DNA of 43,565 nucleotides, taken from assembly GCA_964421835.1 (NCBI GenBank), contig CAYQZI010000005.1:1-43565 (forward strand). Direction: 5' to 3'. The notes beneath the pieces were generated by a model, which was given only the letters and a program-made list of their open reading frames with translations, was not told where the DNA came from and made no database searches. How positions within the stretch are numbered: position 1 is the stretch's first letter; each line of letters opens with the position of its first letter. This DNA is from an uncultured Planktotalea sp. (GTDB taxonomy: Bacteria > Pseudomonadota > Alphaproteobacteria > Rhodobacterales > Rhodobacteraceae). The translations under genes were made by a program, and so were the position numbers. Positions 34,566 to 43,565 of this stretch are shown here, piece by piece.

Positions 34566-34868
34566 ATGCAACAAAAAACCGCGAGACCGGCGCTTGGCGC
34601 TTTGATCTATTTCGCAACGGCGTTCAGCCTTGCGACATATTTCACGTTCGCGGCAGTCCAAGGGGATTACGGCGTGTTTCGGCGCGCGGAAATCACCGTT
34701 GCGGCGAAAGATCTGCAAGTGCAACTGAGCCAGCTCAATGGCGAGGTTGCCGAGATGGAAAACCTGACCAAGCGGCTGTCTGACACCTATCTTGACCTTG
34801 ATTTATTGGATCAACAGGCCCGCGATGTGTTGGGCCTGCTGCGTTCTGATGAGATTGTCGTGCGCTAA
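34566..34868 (+). CDS. Septum formation initiator (FtsB/DivIC family)
   Basis: Single TM segment, QGDYG, coiled coil and LDLDLLDQQARDVLG; upstream of pdhA. Confidence 0.85.
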   Translation: MQQKTARPALGALIYFATAFSLATYFTFAAVQGDYGVFRRAEITVAAKDLQVQLSQLNGEVAEMENLTKRLSDTYLDLDLLDQQARDVLGLLRSDEIVVR

Positions 34869-34874
34869 GGCGCG

Positions 34875-35069
34875 CTATTTCAGCTTTCGCGTTTCAACGG
34901 CCTTCCCGATGTCAGCCTCTTTCAGGGCGACGTTGAATTGACGTAAATCCAAACCTGAACCTGCTGCAATCTCTAACATACCAGCGAGTTTCGCTTCGAA
35001 ATTGACAATATCCGCATCCGTAAGATCGATGAAGCGATCATTGAAATCGGGCGATTGAGAAACAATCAT
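34875..35069 (-). CDS. Hypothetical 64-aa protein
   Basis: ATG 35069 preceded by AAGGGG; fills otherwise empty space between ftsB-like gene and pdhA. No motif recognised. Confidence 0.4.
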   Translation of the reverse strand: MIVSQSPDFNDRFIDLTDADIVNFEAKLAGMLEIAAGSGLDLRQFNVALKEADIGKAVETRKLK

Positions 35070-35275
35070 CAGAAAACCCCTTAAAAATTGCGTTGTTAAA
35101 GTGCACTCAAACTGACGCACAAAAACCGTCGCGCGTTCCGTTGAAATCCAGTTTGCGATTTTTCACGTAAAGTTTGCGAAAGTTGATCCCTTTACCTCTG
35201 CGCCTGTCCTAGCTAGGATCAAATGAAATAGTTTACCGCTAAACCAATTGTTGTTTCTGGGAGGACGCACCGAAC

Positions 35276-36289
35276 ATGGCCGCGCGAAAATCGACATCAA
35301 AGACCGCCTCAAAATCAAACATCTCCGCAGACGAGCTTCTTAAGCACTATAAGGACATGCTTCTTATTCGGCGCTTCGAGGAAAAAGCGGGCCAACTTTA
35401 TGGCATGGGGCTGATCGGTGGCTTCTGTCATCTCTACATTGGTCAAGAAGCGGTCGTTGTCGGCCTAGAGGCCGCTGCAGAGGAAGGTGATAAGCGCATC
35501 ACATCCTACCGCGATCACGGCCATATGCTGGCCTGCGGCATGGATCCCAATGGCGTCATGGCCGAGCTGACGGGCCGCATTGATGGCTATTCCAAGGGCA
35601 AGGGCGGCTCGATGCATATGTTCTCCAAAGAGAAGCATTTCTACGGTGGTCACGGCATTGTCGCCGCGCAAGTGCCGCTGGGTGCGGGTCTCGCCTTTGC
35701 GGACAAGTACAACGACAATGGGCGCGTCACCTTCACCTATTTCGGCGATGGTGCGGCGAACCAAGGCCAAGTCTACGAGACCTTCAACATGGCCGCTATT
35801 TGGGACCTGCCTTGCATTTTTGTGATTGAAAACAATCAATACGCGATGGGCACCTCTCAGAATCGCTCGACCTCCACGCCTGATTTGCATACACGCGGCG
35901 AAGCCTTTGGGATCCCCGGTGAAATCGTCGACGGTATGGATGTGATGGCGGTGAAAGAAGCAGGCACACGCGCGGTCAATCACTGCCGTTCTAGCAAAGG
36001 CCCCTACATTCTGGAAATCAAAACCTATCGCTATCGCGGCCACTCTATGTCGGATCCTGCAAAATATCGCACCCGCGAAGAGGTGCAGAAAATGCGCGAT
36101 GAGCGTGACCCGATCGAGCAAGTCCGCGAGTTGCTGCTAACGGGCAAACACGCGTCAGAGGACGATCTTAAAGCAATTGATAAAGACATCAAAAAGGTGG
36201 TGAACGCCTCGGCTGAATTTGCCAAGGAGAGCCCTTTGCCCGATCTGTCAGAGCTTTGGACTGATATTTATGCAGAAGTGGGGGCGTAA
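35276..36289 (+). CDS. pdhA: Pyruvate dehydrogenase E1 alpha subunit
   Basis: GFCHLYIGQEA, GDGAANQGQ and YRYRGHSMSDP. Confidence 0.98.
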   Translation: MAARKSTSKTASKSNISADELLKHYKDMLLIRRFEEKAGQLYGMGLIGGFCHLYIGQEAVVVGLEAAAEEGDKRITSYRDHGHMLACGMDPNGVMAELTGRIDGYSKGKGGSMHMFSKEKHFYGGHGIVAAQVPLGAGLAFADKYNDNGRVTFTYFGDGAANQGQVYETFNMAAIWDLPCIFVIENNQYAMGTSQNRSTSTPDLHTRGEAFGIPGEIVDGMDVMAVKEAGTRAVNHCRSSKGPYILEIKTYRYRGHSMSDPAKYRTREEVQKMRDERDPIEQVRELLLTGKHASEDDLKAIDKDIKKVVNASAEFAKESPLPDLSELWTDIYAEVGA

Positions 36290-36292
36290 ATC

Positions 36293-37657
36293 ATGGCACT
36301 CGAAATCCTAATGCCCGCCCTGTCGCCCACCATGGAAGAAGGCACGCTCGCCAAATGGCTGGTCAAAGAAGGCGATAGCGTCGCTTCCGGTGATATCATC
36401 GCAGAGATCGAAACAGACAAAGCCACGATGGAATTCGAAGCCGTCGATGAGGGTGTCATCGGTTCGATCCTTGTGCCCGCAGGGTCTGCTGGTGTTGCGG
36501 TGAACACTGCGATTGCTTTGCTTTTGGAAGATGGCGAAAGCGCCGATGACATCGCAGCGCCTGCCCCCACAGCGGCGCCCGCGCCCAGCGTTCCTGCCGC
36601 GCCAATCCAGCACAATGACATGGATGACGAACCGCAATGGAACGCCCCTCAGCCAGATTGGCCCGAGGGCACGCAGATGAAGCAACAAACCGTGCGCGAG
36701 GCCTTGCGTGACGCCATGTCCGAGGAAATGCGCAGCGACGAAAGCGTGTTTTTGATGGGCGAAGAGGTCGGCGAATACCAAGGCGCCTATAAGATTTCCC
36801 AAGGAATGTTGGATGAGTTCGGCAGCAAACGTGTGATCGATACGCCCATCACCGAGCATGGATTTGCAGGCATCGCTGTCGGCGCATCTTTTGGTGGGTT
36901 AAAGCCGATTGTTGAATTTATGACATTTAACTTCGCCATGCAAGCCATTGATCATATTATCAATTCCGCTGCCAAGACGCTCTACATGTCAGGCGGTCAA
37001 ATGGGCGCGCCCATGGTGTTTCGTGGCCCCAACGGCGCAGCTGCGCGGGTCGGTGCGCAGCACAGCCAAGACTACGCCGCGTGGTATGCGCATATTCCCG
37101 GCCTTAAGGTCGTGATGCCCTACACTGCCGCTGATGCGAAGGGTTTGATGAAATCCGCAATTCGCGATCCAAACCCCGTGATTTTCCTAGAGAACGAAAT
37201 TCTCTATGGCCGCAGTTTTGACGTTCCGGTGCTTGATGATTTCACCGTCCCCATCGGCAAAGCACGCATCGCGCGCGCGGGCACCGATGTAACCATCGTG
37301 AGCTTTGGGATCGGGATGAGTTACGCCATGGAAGCAGCTGAAAAGCTTTCAGAAAGCGGTGTTGACGCCGAAGTTATCGATTTGCGTTCGCTGCGCCCCA
37401 TGGACACTCAAACCGTGATCGAAAGCGTCAAGAAAACCAACCGCTGCGTCACCGTCGAAGAGGGCTTTCCCGTCGGCGCAATCGGCAACCACATCTCGGC
37501 GGTTCTGATGCAAGAGGCGTTTGATTACCTCGACGCCCCGGTGATCAACTGCACCGGCAAGGACGTGCCCATGCCCTATGCCGCCAACCTTGAAAAGCTC
37601 GCGCTGACCACCACCGAAGAGGTGATCGAGGCCGTGCAAAAAGTAACATATCGTTAA
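36293..37657 (+). CDS. pdhB: Pyruvate dehydrogenase E1 beta subunit with N-terminal lipoyl domain
   Basis: ETDKATME lipoyl motif, DTPITEHGF and AQHSQ. Confidence 0.98.
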   Translation: MALEILMPALSPTMEEGTLAKWLVKEGDSVASGDIIAEIETDKATMEFEAVDEGVIGSILVPAGSAGVAVNTAIALLLEDGESADDIAAPAPTAAPAPSVPAAPIQHNDMDDEPQWNAPQPDWPEGTQMKQQTVREALRDAMSEEMRSDESVFLMGEEVGEYQGAYKISQGMLDEFGSKRVIDTPITEHGFAGIAVGASFGGLKPIVEFMTFNFAMQAIDHIINSAAKTLYMSGGQMGAPMVFRGPNGAAARVGAQHSQDYAAWYAHIPGLKVVMPYTAADAKGLMKSAIRDPNPVIFLENEILYGRSFDVPVLDDFTVPIGKARIARAGTDVTIVSFGIGMSYAMEAAEKLSESGVDAEVIDLRSLRPMDTQTVIESVKKTNRCVTVEEGFPVGAIGNHISAVLMQEAFDYLDAPVINCTGKDVPMPYAANLEKLALTTTEEVIEAVQKVTYR

Positions 37658-37669
37658 GGGAGAGACATA

Positions 37670-38941
37670 ATGGCAATCGAAATTCTCATGCCCGCGCTGT
37701 CCCCCACGATGGAGGACGGCACGCTTGCAAAGTGGTTGGTCAAAGAGGGCGACACAGTTGCTTCTGGCGATCTGCTTGCAGAGATTGAAACAGACAAAGC
37801 CACGATGGAATTCGAAGCGGTTGATGAAGGTGTCATCGGTAAAATCTTGGTCGAGGCAGGCACCGCCGGCGTGCTCGTGAACAGCCCTATCGCGCTTTTG
37901 CTCGAGGATGGCGAGGACGCGACTGATGCGGCAACGGCCAAACCTGTCGCTGCCCCAATTGACGCGCCCGCGCTTACACAGACCGAGGCACCAGAGCCAA
38001 TGGCAAAGCCCGCCTCAAATGGCACTCGCGTTTTCGCATCGCCGCTTGCGCGCCGCATTGCAGCCGACAAGGGCATCGACCTTGCAACGGTGACAGGCAG
38101 CGGACCCAAAGGGCGCATTGTAAAAGCGGATGTCGAAAATGCGCAAAGCGCGCCCGCCGCTCAGCCGTCCAGCGCGCCTGCAAAACCAGCGCCAACTGCC
38201 GCTGCGCCAGAAACGAACCCAAGCCAGATCGCCAAGATGTACGAGGGCCGAGATTTCACCGAGATCCCCCTCGATGGGATGCGCAAAACCATTGCCGCCC
38301 GCCTGACTGAGGCAAAGCAAACCATCCCGCATTTCTATCTGCGCCGCGATATTCACCTCGATGCGCTGCTCAAGTTCCGCAGCGAGCTCAACAAACAACT
38401 GGCCGAGCGCGATATCAAACTCTCGGTGAATGACTTTATCATCAAAGCCTGCGCGCTAGCACTCCAACAGGTCCCTGCTGCAAATGCGGTATGGGCCGGG
38501 GATCGCGTCTTGCAAATGACGGCATCTGACGTCGCCGTTGCCGTCGCGATTGAGGGCGGTCTGTTCACCCCTGTGCTTCAGGATGCGGACACTAAGTCAC
38601 TCTCCGCCCTTTCCGCGCAAATGAAAGACCTCGCCGCCCGCGCACGCGAGCGCAAACTCGCGCCGCAAGAATACTTGGGCGGAAGCTTTGCGATTTCGAA
38701 CCTTGGCATGATGGGGATCGAGAATTTCGACGCGGTCATTAACCCACCCCATGGCGCGATCCTTGCGGTTGGCGCTGGCGCGAAGAAACCTATCGTCAAC
38801 GCCGAGGGCGATCTCGATATTGCGACAGTGATGTCTGTGACGCTCTCTGTCGATCACCGCGTGATTGATGGCGCGCTTGGCGCTGAATTGCTTGCTGCGA
38901 TCAAAGCCAATCTCGAAAACCCGATCGCGATGTTGGCCTAA
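37670..38941 (+). CDS. pdhC: Dihydrolipoamide acetyltransferase (PDH E2)
   Basis: Lipoyl domain, [17 protein letters not shown] and DHRVIDG. Confidence 0.97.
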   Translation: MAIEILMPALSPTMEDGTLAKWLVKEGDTVASGDLLAEIETDKATMEFEAVDEGVIGKILVEAGTAGVLVNSPIALLLEDGEDATDAATAKPVAAPIDAPALTQTEAPEPMAKPASNGTRVFASPLARRIAADKGIDLATVTGSGPKGRIVKADVENAQSAPAAQPSSAPAKPAPTAAAPETNPSQIAKMYEGRDFTEIPLDGMRKTIAARLTEAKQTIPHFYLRRDIHLDALLKFRSELNKQLAERDIKLSVNDFIIKACALALQQVPAANAVWAGDRVLQMTASDVAVAVAIEGGLFTPVLQDADTKSLSALSAQMKDLAARARERKLAPQEYLGGSFAISNLGMMGIENFDAVINPPHGAILAVGAGAKKPIVNAEGDLDIATVMSVTLSVDHRVIDGALGAELLAAIKANLENPIAMLA

Positions 38942-38942
38942 C

Positions 38943-38998
38943 CTTCATCTTGCCTTAAAACTCCCGCCGGAGGCACCGCCTGACCCAAAAGGTCAGGC
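38943..38998. repeat. Third copy of the REP-like arm plus a hairpin
   Basis: CTTCATCTTGCCTTAAAACTCCCGCCGGAGGCA resembles the arm at 16767-16798. It is followed by GCCTGACC-caaaa-GGTCAGGC, between convergent pdhC and cysE. Confidence 0.65.
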
Positions 38999-39043
38999 TA
39001 AAAACCTGCCTGCTGATTTAGCAGCAGCCAATTCCGACAGAGG

Positions 39044-39856
39044 TTATTTAGGCGCAGAGTTGATAATCTGATGCATCGAGACCGATGGCTGATCGCAGCC
39101 CGCCTCACCCACAATCTTCGCCGGCACCCCGGCAACTGTTTTGCACGGAGGGATCTCTGCCAGAACAACCGAGCCCGCAGCAATCCGGCTGCAATGGCCA
39201 ACCTTGATATTGCCAAGCACTTTCGCGCCCGCGCCAATCAAAACACCATCGCCAATCTTGGGATGACGGTCCTCTTCTTCTTTGCCAGTTCCGCCAAGCG
39301 TGACGGAATGCAGCATCGAAACATTGTCCCCAACAACAGCGGTTTCGCCAATCACGATAGAATGCGCGTGATCAATCATAATGCCTTTGCCAATACGCGC
39401 CGCCGGATGAATATCGACGCCAAAAATCTCTGACACACGCATTTGCACGAAATAAGACAGATCCTTGCGACCAGTGCACCAGAGCCAATTGGCAATGCGA
39501 TAGGCTTGGATCGCCTGAAACCCTTTGAAAAACACCAAAGGCTGCAACAAGCGATGGCACGCAGGATCGCGATCATAGATCGCCATCAGATCCGCACGCG
39601 CCGATTCAACGATTTTTGGATCCTTGGCATAAGCCTCATCGGCGATATCACGCAGAATAATCTGGCTCATTTCATTGGATTGAAGCTTGGCGGAAAAGCG
39701 ATAGGACAGCGCCTTTTCTAGACTGTTGTGATGCAGCACGCAGGCATGCAGCAAAGCCCCCATCAACGGCTCTGATTGAACGGCCTCTTGCGCTTCATGC
39801 GAAATACGATCCCAGACCGGATCGATACTGCGAAGGGGGGTGTCGACTTGCGCCAT
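39044..39856 (-). CDS. cysE: Serine O-acetyltransferase
   Basis: RDPAC, GVDIHPAA, IDHA and TLGGTGK..DRHPKIG. Confidence 0.97.
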   Translation of the reverse strand: MAQVDTPLRSIDPVWDRISHEAQEAVQSEPLMGALLHACVLHHNSLEKALSYRFSAKLQSNEMSQIILRDIADEAYAKDPKIVESARADLMAIYDRDPACHRLLQPLVFFKGFQAIQAYRIANWLWCTGRKDLSYFVQMRVSEIFGVDIHPAARIGKGIMIDHAHSIVIGETAVVGDNVSMLHSVTLGGTGKEEEDRHPKIGDGVLIGAGAKVLGNIKVGHCSRIAAGSVVLAEIPPCKTVAGVPAKIVGEAGCDQPSVSMHQIINSAPK

Positions 39857-39931
39857 GTTGAACGCTCCTTGTGCTCTTGGTGCATACTACACCACGAATG
39901 CGCACAGCGACAAATGCAAATCGGTGATCGC

Positions 39932-40264
39932 TCACAAACAAATGACTGATGAATACCCGCTCGGCTTTGGCAATGGCACCTCTTTCGAGACCTGAAGCAA
40001 GGTTTCCGCCACAACACAGAGCGCATCTAACGCACTGGTATCTATGTACAAAGGAACCGGCGAAAGCTGATGGCGCAGCAGCAAGCCCGACAAAGACCCA
40101 TCGCCATAAAACGGGTGCGTTTTGCCGGTGATTTTGACGTATTCATAGCCCTCAACAACACAGCGCACCACATTGCGACAGGCTTTTGCGCGCTGCGAGG
40201 GGGTAAAGCCTGCGCAAAAACGCGCAAGTAAAAAGACATCCGAAGGGGTCACATAGGCCGCCAT
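39932..40264 (-). CDS. Small conserved ORF terminating the GTA structural cluster
   Basis: TAATG overlap with the g15 stop; HPFYGDGSL motif; position between g15 and cysE as in RcGTA-like clusters. Confidence 0.65.
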   Translation of the reverse strand: MAAYVTPSDVFLLARFCAGFTPSQRAKACRNVVRCVVEGYEYVKITGKTHPFYGDGSLSGLLLRHQLSPVPLYIDTSALDALCVVAETLLQVSKEVPLPKPSGYSSVICL

Positions 40265-43200
40265 TACACACCTGAAATCAAGGTTGCAAAAAGACCGGGC
40301 CCATAGCGTTCAGAGATCTGCGCCACGCGTATTTCAAACCCACCGCTCGCGCCATCCGTCAGTTGATCCTCCTGCGCATAGGTAAACGCCGCATCCGTAA
40401 CGATTTGCGATCTTTTCATCGCGCCGGCCACAAAGATCTGAACGATATACTGCTCTTTTTCCTCGCCCAAAGGCACATCGCCCCAGCTCCAATCATCGCC
40501 GTCTACCCGCGTGCGCCGGGTCCAGTGAAACGCAATGTCAGTGCCCACGGAAGCCGCGCGCAAATGCACCGGTGCGTAGGGCCGAAGACCAGCCCCCACA
40601 AAGCTCTCTATGCGATGCTCATAGGCCGGATCATCATAACCGCGCGGCGCAGGGCCGATGCGATAGTGACGCTCGACGCCGCGATCAGAGCTGCGCAAAC
40701 CGATCTGATTGGGCATCCCATTCAGCAAAACAAAGACCGAGCCAATCGGCCAAGCATCGGGCACCAAACCATCCGTGCCAAACTGACCCCGCAATCTCAG
40801 GCTCAAATCATAAGTGTCCGCGGCCACCAACTCGGCGTTTTGGAATTGAAACACCTCCCAATTGCCAGCCGATCCATCGCCGATCGCTGCCAGATTGCCC
40901 CCTGCCAACAGCGAGCTACGGGCAATGTTTTCAAGTTGGTCACTGGCCAATCTCACGCGCAACGCCGCACCGCGATCCACGACACCGAAGCTCGCTTTGT
41001 TCATCGGGCTCAGCGTCTCGCCAATCGTAGAGCGCCCTTGCGCATAGGTGTTAAACCCGTAATCCGCATCAATCGGCGCATCGTAAATAGCAACGGCAAG
41101 CGGCCAAGGGCGCGCGGTCACAGCAAAATGCGGCGCATGTGCAATCTCATTGCCCGTCATCAATGGCAGGTCCAAGAAATACGGCAAAACAGGCACCGCA
41201 GGCACAAAGGGTCGCGTTGCAATCACATCATCTGCAAAGGGCGCAGGCCGATAGACATTCGGCTCAATGCGAACCGCCTCAAGCAGTTGGCTCTCGCCTT
41301 GCTCGACCCGATCCACGCGAAATTGCGTATCCCCCTGAGCGCCTTTCAAACGCACCACATCACCCGCTTTCACCCCCATCTTTGAGGGCGGCAACGCAAA
41401 CCGGATCGCCTCGCGTGACACACGCGCTTCACTCAGCCAGCGTTCCAGCATTTGGCGCGCTTCAGGGCGCGTCATCGCGAGCGGCAAATCAGTGGATGAA
41501 ATCGCGTGACTGTCATCATGCGGCAGAACCGTTTCTTCAATGACCACATCGAAATCCGCGTCCGCTTGTACAAAACTTGCGCGCAGACGCCCCGCGAGAT
41601 CCGCATCAGAGCCGCGAACCAGCTCATAATTTCCCTTTATTTCTGCATGATTGACCAAACAACTTTCATCAATCTCAACGTCGCTTTGCCCATCGCGCAT
41701 TAAGAAATGCAGCACGCCGTCACGCTCGATCGCATCAAATCCATAGCGCAGCATCAGCGGTTGCAGCGCGCTGCGCGCCTCTAGGATATCAGCAATCTGA
41801 TAGCCGCGCACAACGCCGTAAAGCTTGCTCACATCGATCCGGCTCTCTCCGACGCGCTCGCAAATCTCCGCAACAACCGAGGCCAATGAGCGCGCACTTG
41901 TGCGCCCATTCAGCCAGTGGCCACGCGTAAAGTTTTCGCCATCCGACCACAGATCTAGCCGGTTCGGAAAATGTGGATAAGGCCGCGTGTCCCATGCCCA
42001 AGCAAAGGCACGGCTCATATCGATCATCGCACCGCCATAGCTGTCTGAAATTGGATTATGCGCTGGATCTTCCCAATACTCTGTCATCGCATGCACATAT
42101 TGCATCTGCATCAGCTCATCGCGTTGCCCATTGGAATAATACGGCAAATCAGATTCCGATGACTTCGGATCCAAGAACTTATTTGGCTGATTTGTTCCCT
42201 TATCAACCGATGCACAGCCATATTCGGTGAACCAAATCGGCTTTGATTGCGGCACCCAAGCGCTTGCCGCTGCTTGCCGCTCACCTGCAATCCTGTCGTG
42301 ATGTGGCTGGCTCCACCAGCTTTTCAAATCCTTGTAACGAAAAAGCCACGGCTCGTCGTGCGCGCCATCCGTGATCGGCGTGCGAATTTGCGCCGCGCGC
42401 GCCTCATCCGAATGGTAATACCACTCAAACCCTTCCCCGCCTTCAATATTGCTTTTGAGATAATCCAGCGCGTAAATTGATCCCCAAGGCGCATCCAAAT
42501 GCTCTTCCCCGTCGCGCCAATCGGACAGCGGCATATAGTTATCAATCCCAACGAAATCGATGTTTTCATCCGCCCAAAGCGGATCAAGATTGAAATAATG
42601 ATGCCCTTTGCCATCTTGCGGGGAATACCCGAAATACTCGGACCAATCCGCCGCATAGCCAATCTTACAGCTTGGCCCAAGCAGTGCGCGCACCTCAGCC
42701 GCCAAATCGATCAACGCGGCAACCGTCGGAAAACTATGCCCGGCACCACGAATTTGCGTCAGCCCGCGCATTTCCGAACCAATACAGAATGAATCAACGC
42801 CGCCCGCTGCTGCGCACAGCGCTGCGTTGTGCAAAATAAACCGTCTAAAGCGCCACTCATTTGGTCCGCTGTAACTCACAACGCCTCCAGAGACGCTAAA
42901 GTCGCTCGCGCGCGCCGATCCGAAAAACGCAGCAACTTCACTGTTTGCTGCGGCACTTTCATCGGGCGTGCCTGTTCGCAGCGGCGCCACAGAGCTGGTG
43001 ATCCGCCCGCGCCATGGCAGTTTTGGCTGGCTGCTCGCATCACTCCAAGGGTCAGGCAATCCGTTGCCCGCAAGCTGATCCATCAAAATAAACGGATAGA
43101 ACATCACCGCCTGCCCGCGCGATTTCAGCTCTGCAATCGCCTCTAGCACCGAGTTATCCGAGGGCGTGCCGCCATAAACAGGGCGATTATCCTGCTTCGG

Positions 43201-43565
43201 CATCAGCTCTGCACTGGCGCGATCAAGCCCCGCGACGGACCATTGCAGTCGATCCCCTTCCAGCTCTTTCTGCTCAACTTTTGGCTTTATCTGGCATAGG
43301 TTACAGCGCAGATCATTGCCAAACCAACTCACCACCAACGACGCCGCTTTGCACTTTGGCAGCTGCTCTTCGAGCATCTTCACAGACGTTGCGATATCAC
43401 TTCGATAGCTTGGGGAATTGACGTTCACACTTTGCTTTTCACCAAGTCCCAGATCGTAGTGAACCGGCGTTGTCGCCAATGCGAACTCGCCTGACCCGGG
43501 CATCAAGGCAACCGCTTTGATGTCCTGCGTCATGTCACTTGCCGCGCCTGTGATAGAGTTTTCGC
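40264..43565 (-). CDS. GTA baseplate 'megatron' / host-specificity protein (RcGTA g15-like); 5' end beyond the window
   Basis: Frame stays open to base 43565. PGSGEF, YGGTPSD, LPWRGRIT, YAADWSEY, SKPIWFTEYGC and WAWDTRPYP (GTA TIM-barrel), followed by phage-tail domains. Confidence 0.93.
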   Translation of the reverse strand, partial: ENSITGAASDMTQDIKAVALMPGSGEFALATTPVHYDLGLGEKQSVNVNSPSYRSDIATSVKMLEEQLPKCKAASLVVSWFGNDLRCNLCQIKPKVEQKELEGDRLQWSVAGLDRASAELMPKQDNRPVYGGTPSDNSVLEAIAELKSRGQAVMFYPFILMDQLAGNGLPDPWSDASSQPKLPWRGRITSSVAPLRTGTPDESAAANSEVAAFFGSARASDFSVSGGVVSYSGPNEWRFRRFILHNAALCAAAGGVDSFCIGSEMRGLTQIRGAGHSFPTVAALIDLAAEVRALLGPSCKIGYAADWSEYFGYSPQDGKGHHYFNLDPLWADENIDFVGIDNYMPLSDWRDGEEHLDAPWGSIYALDYLKSNIEGGEGFEWYYHSDEARAAQIRTPITDGAHDEPWLFRYKDLKSWWSQPHHDRIAGERQAAASAWVPQSKPIWFTEYGCASVDKGTNQPNKFLDPKSSESDLPYYSNGQRDELMQMQYVHAMTEYWEDPAHNPISDSYGGAMIDMSRAFAWAWDTRPYPHFPNRLDLWSDGENFTRGHWLNGRTSARSLASVVAEICERVGESRIDVSKLYGVVRGYQIADILEARSALQPLMLRYGFDAIERDGVLHFLMRDGQSDVEIDESCLVNHAEIKGNYELVRGSDADLAGRLRASFVQADADFDVVIEETVLPHDDSHAISSTDLPLAMTRPEARQMLERWLSEARVSREAIRFALPPSKMGVKAGDVVRLKGAQGDTQFRVDRVEQGESQLLEAVRIEPNVYRPAPFADDVIATRPFVPAVPVLPYFLDLPLMTGNEIAHAPHFAVTARPWPLAVAIYDAPIDADYGFNTYAQGRSTIGETLSPMNKASFGVVDRGAALRVRLASDQLENIARSSLLAGGNLAAIGDGSAGNWEVFQFQNAELVAADTYDLSLRLRGQFGTDGLVPDAWPIGSVFVLLNGMPNQIGLRSSDRGVERHYRIGPAPRGYDDPAYEHRIESFVGAGLRPYAPVHLRAASVGTDIAFHWTRRTRVDGDDWSWGDVPLGEEKEQYIVQIFVAGAMKRSQIVTDAAFTYAQEDQLTDGASGGFEIRVAQISERYGPGLFATLISGV

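Noticed and set aside
35081-35099. CtrA box upstream of pdhA / orphan ORF
   Set aside because: TTAA half-sites are 11 nt apart, not 7.
36293-37915. Direct repeat of about 240 nt at the starts of pdhB and pdhC
   Set aside because: Homologous lipoyl domains, normal for alphaproteobacterial PDH; not a mobile element or assembly artefact.
40363-41385. 340-aa plus-strand ORF
   Set aside because: Antisense shadow of g15.
40264-43565. Prophage tail gene
   Set aside because: GTA TIM-barrel motifs and the position next to cysE indicate the GTA cluster; no integrase or att site is visible.

Overview
Chromosomal window from an alphaproteobacterium, most likely Rhodobacteraceae/Roseobacter group, judged from gene content and order. 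Most of it is conserved core genes: tsf (partial), rpsB, lipA, guaA, metA, ppk2, rpsI-rplM, trmFO, gluQ, hisI, recG-ligA, mnmA, ftsB-like, pdhABC and cysE. Three parts of the RcGTA-like gene transfer agent circuitry are interleaved with them: the divergent gafA/gafB pair next to lipA, sciP-ctrA, and the end of the GTA structural cluster (g15 'megatron' plus the small downstream ORF) at the right edge. No tRNA, rRNA, CRISPR array or transposase was seen. The most unusual signals are: (1) a 40-aa membrane peptide gene downstream of recG, with a LexA-like box and a 3' region of three hairpins showing an anti-Shine-Dalgarno-like UCCU(G/A)UCCC motif (candidate peptide + sRNA module); (2) a cluster of DnaA-box-like 9-mers in an AT-rich intergenic region; (3) a di-heme bCCP/MauG-family protein with His at both the usual inter-heme Trp and the Met/Tyr axial ligand positions; (4) a strong in-frame internal start inside gafA; (5) one-mismatch CtrA boxes upstream of gafA/gafB, ctrA and sciP. 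All calls come from reading the sequence and recalling family motifs; no database searches were run.
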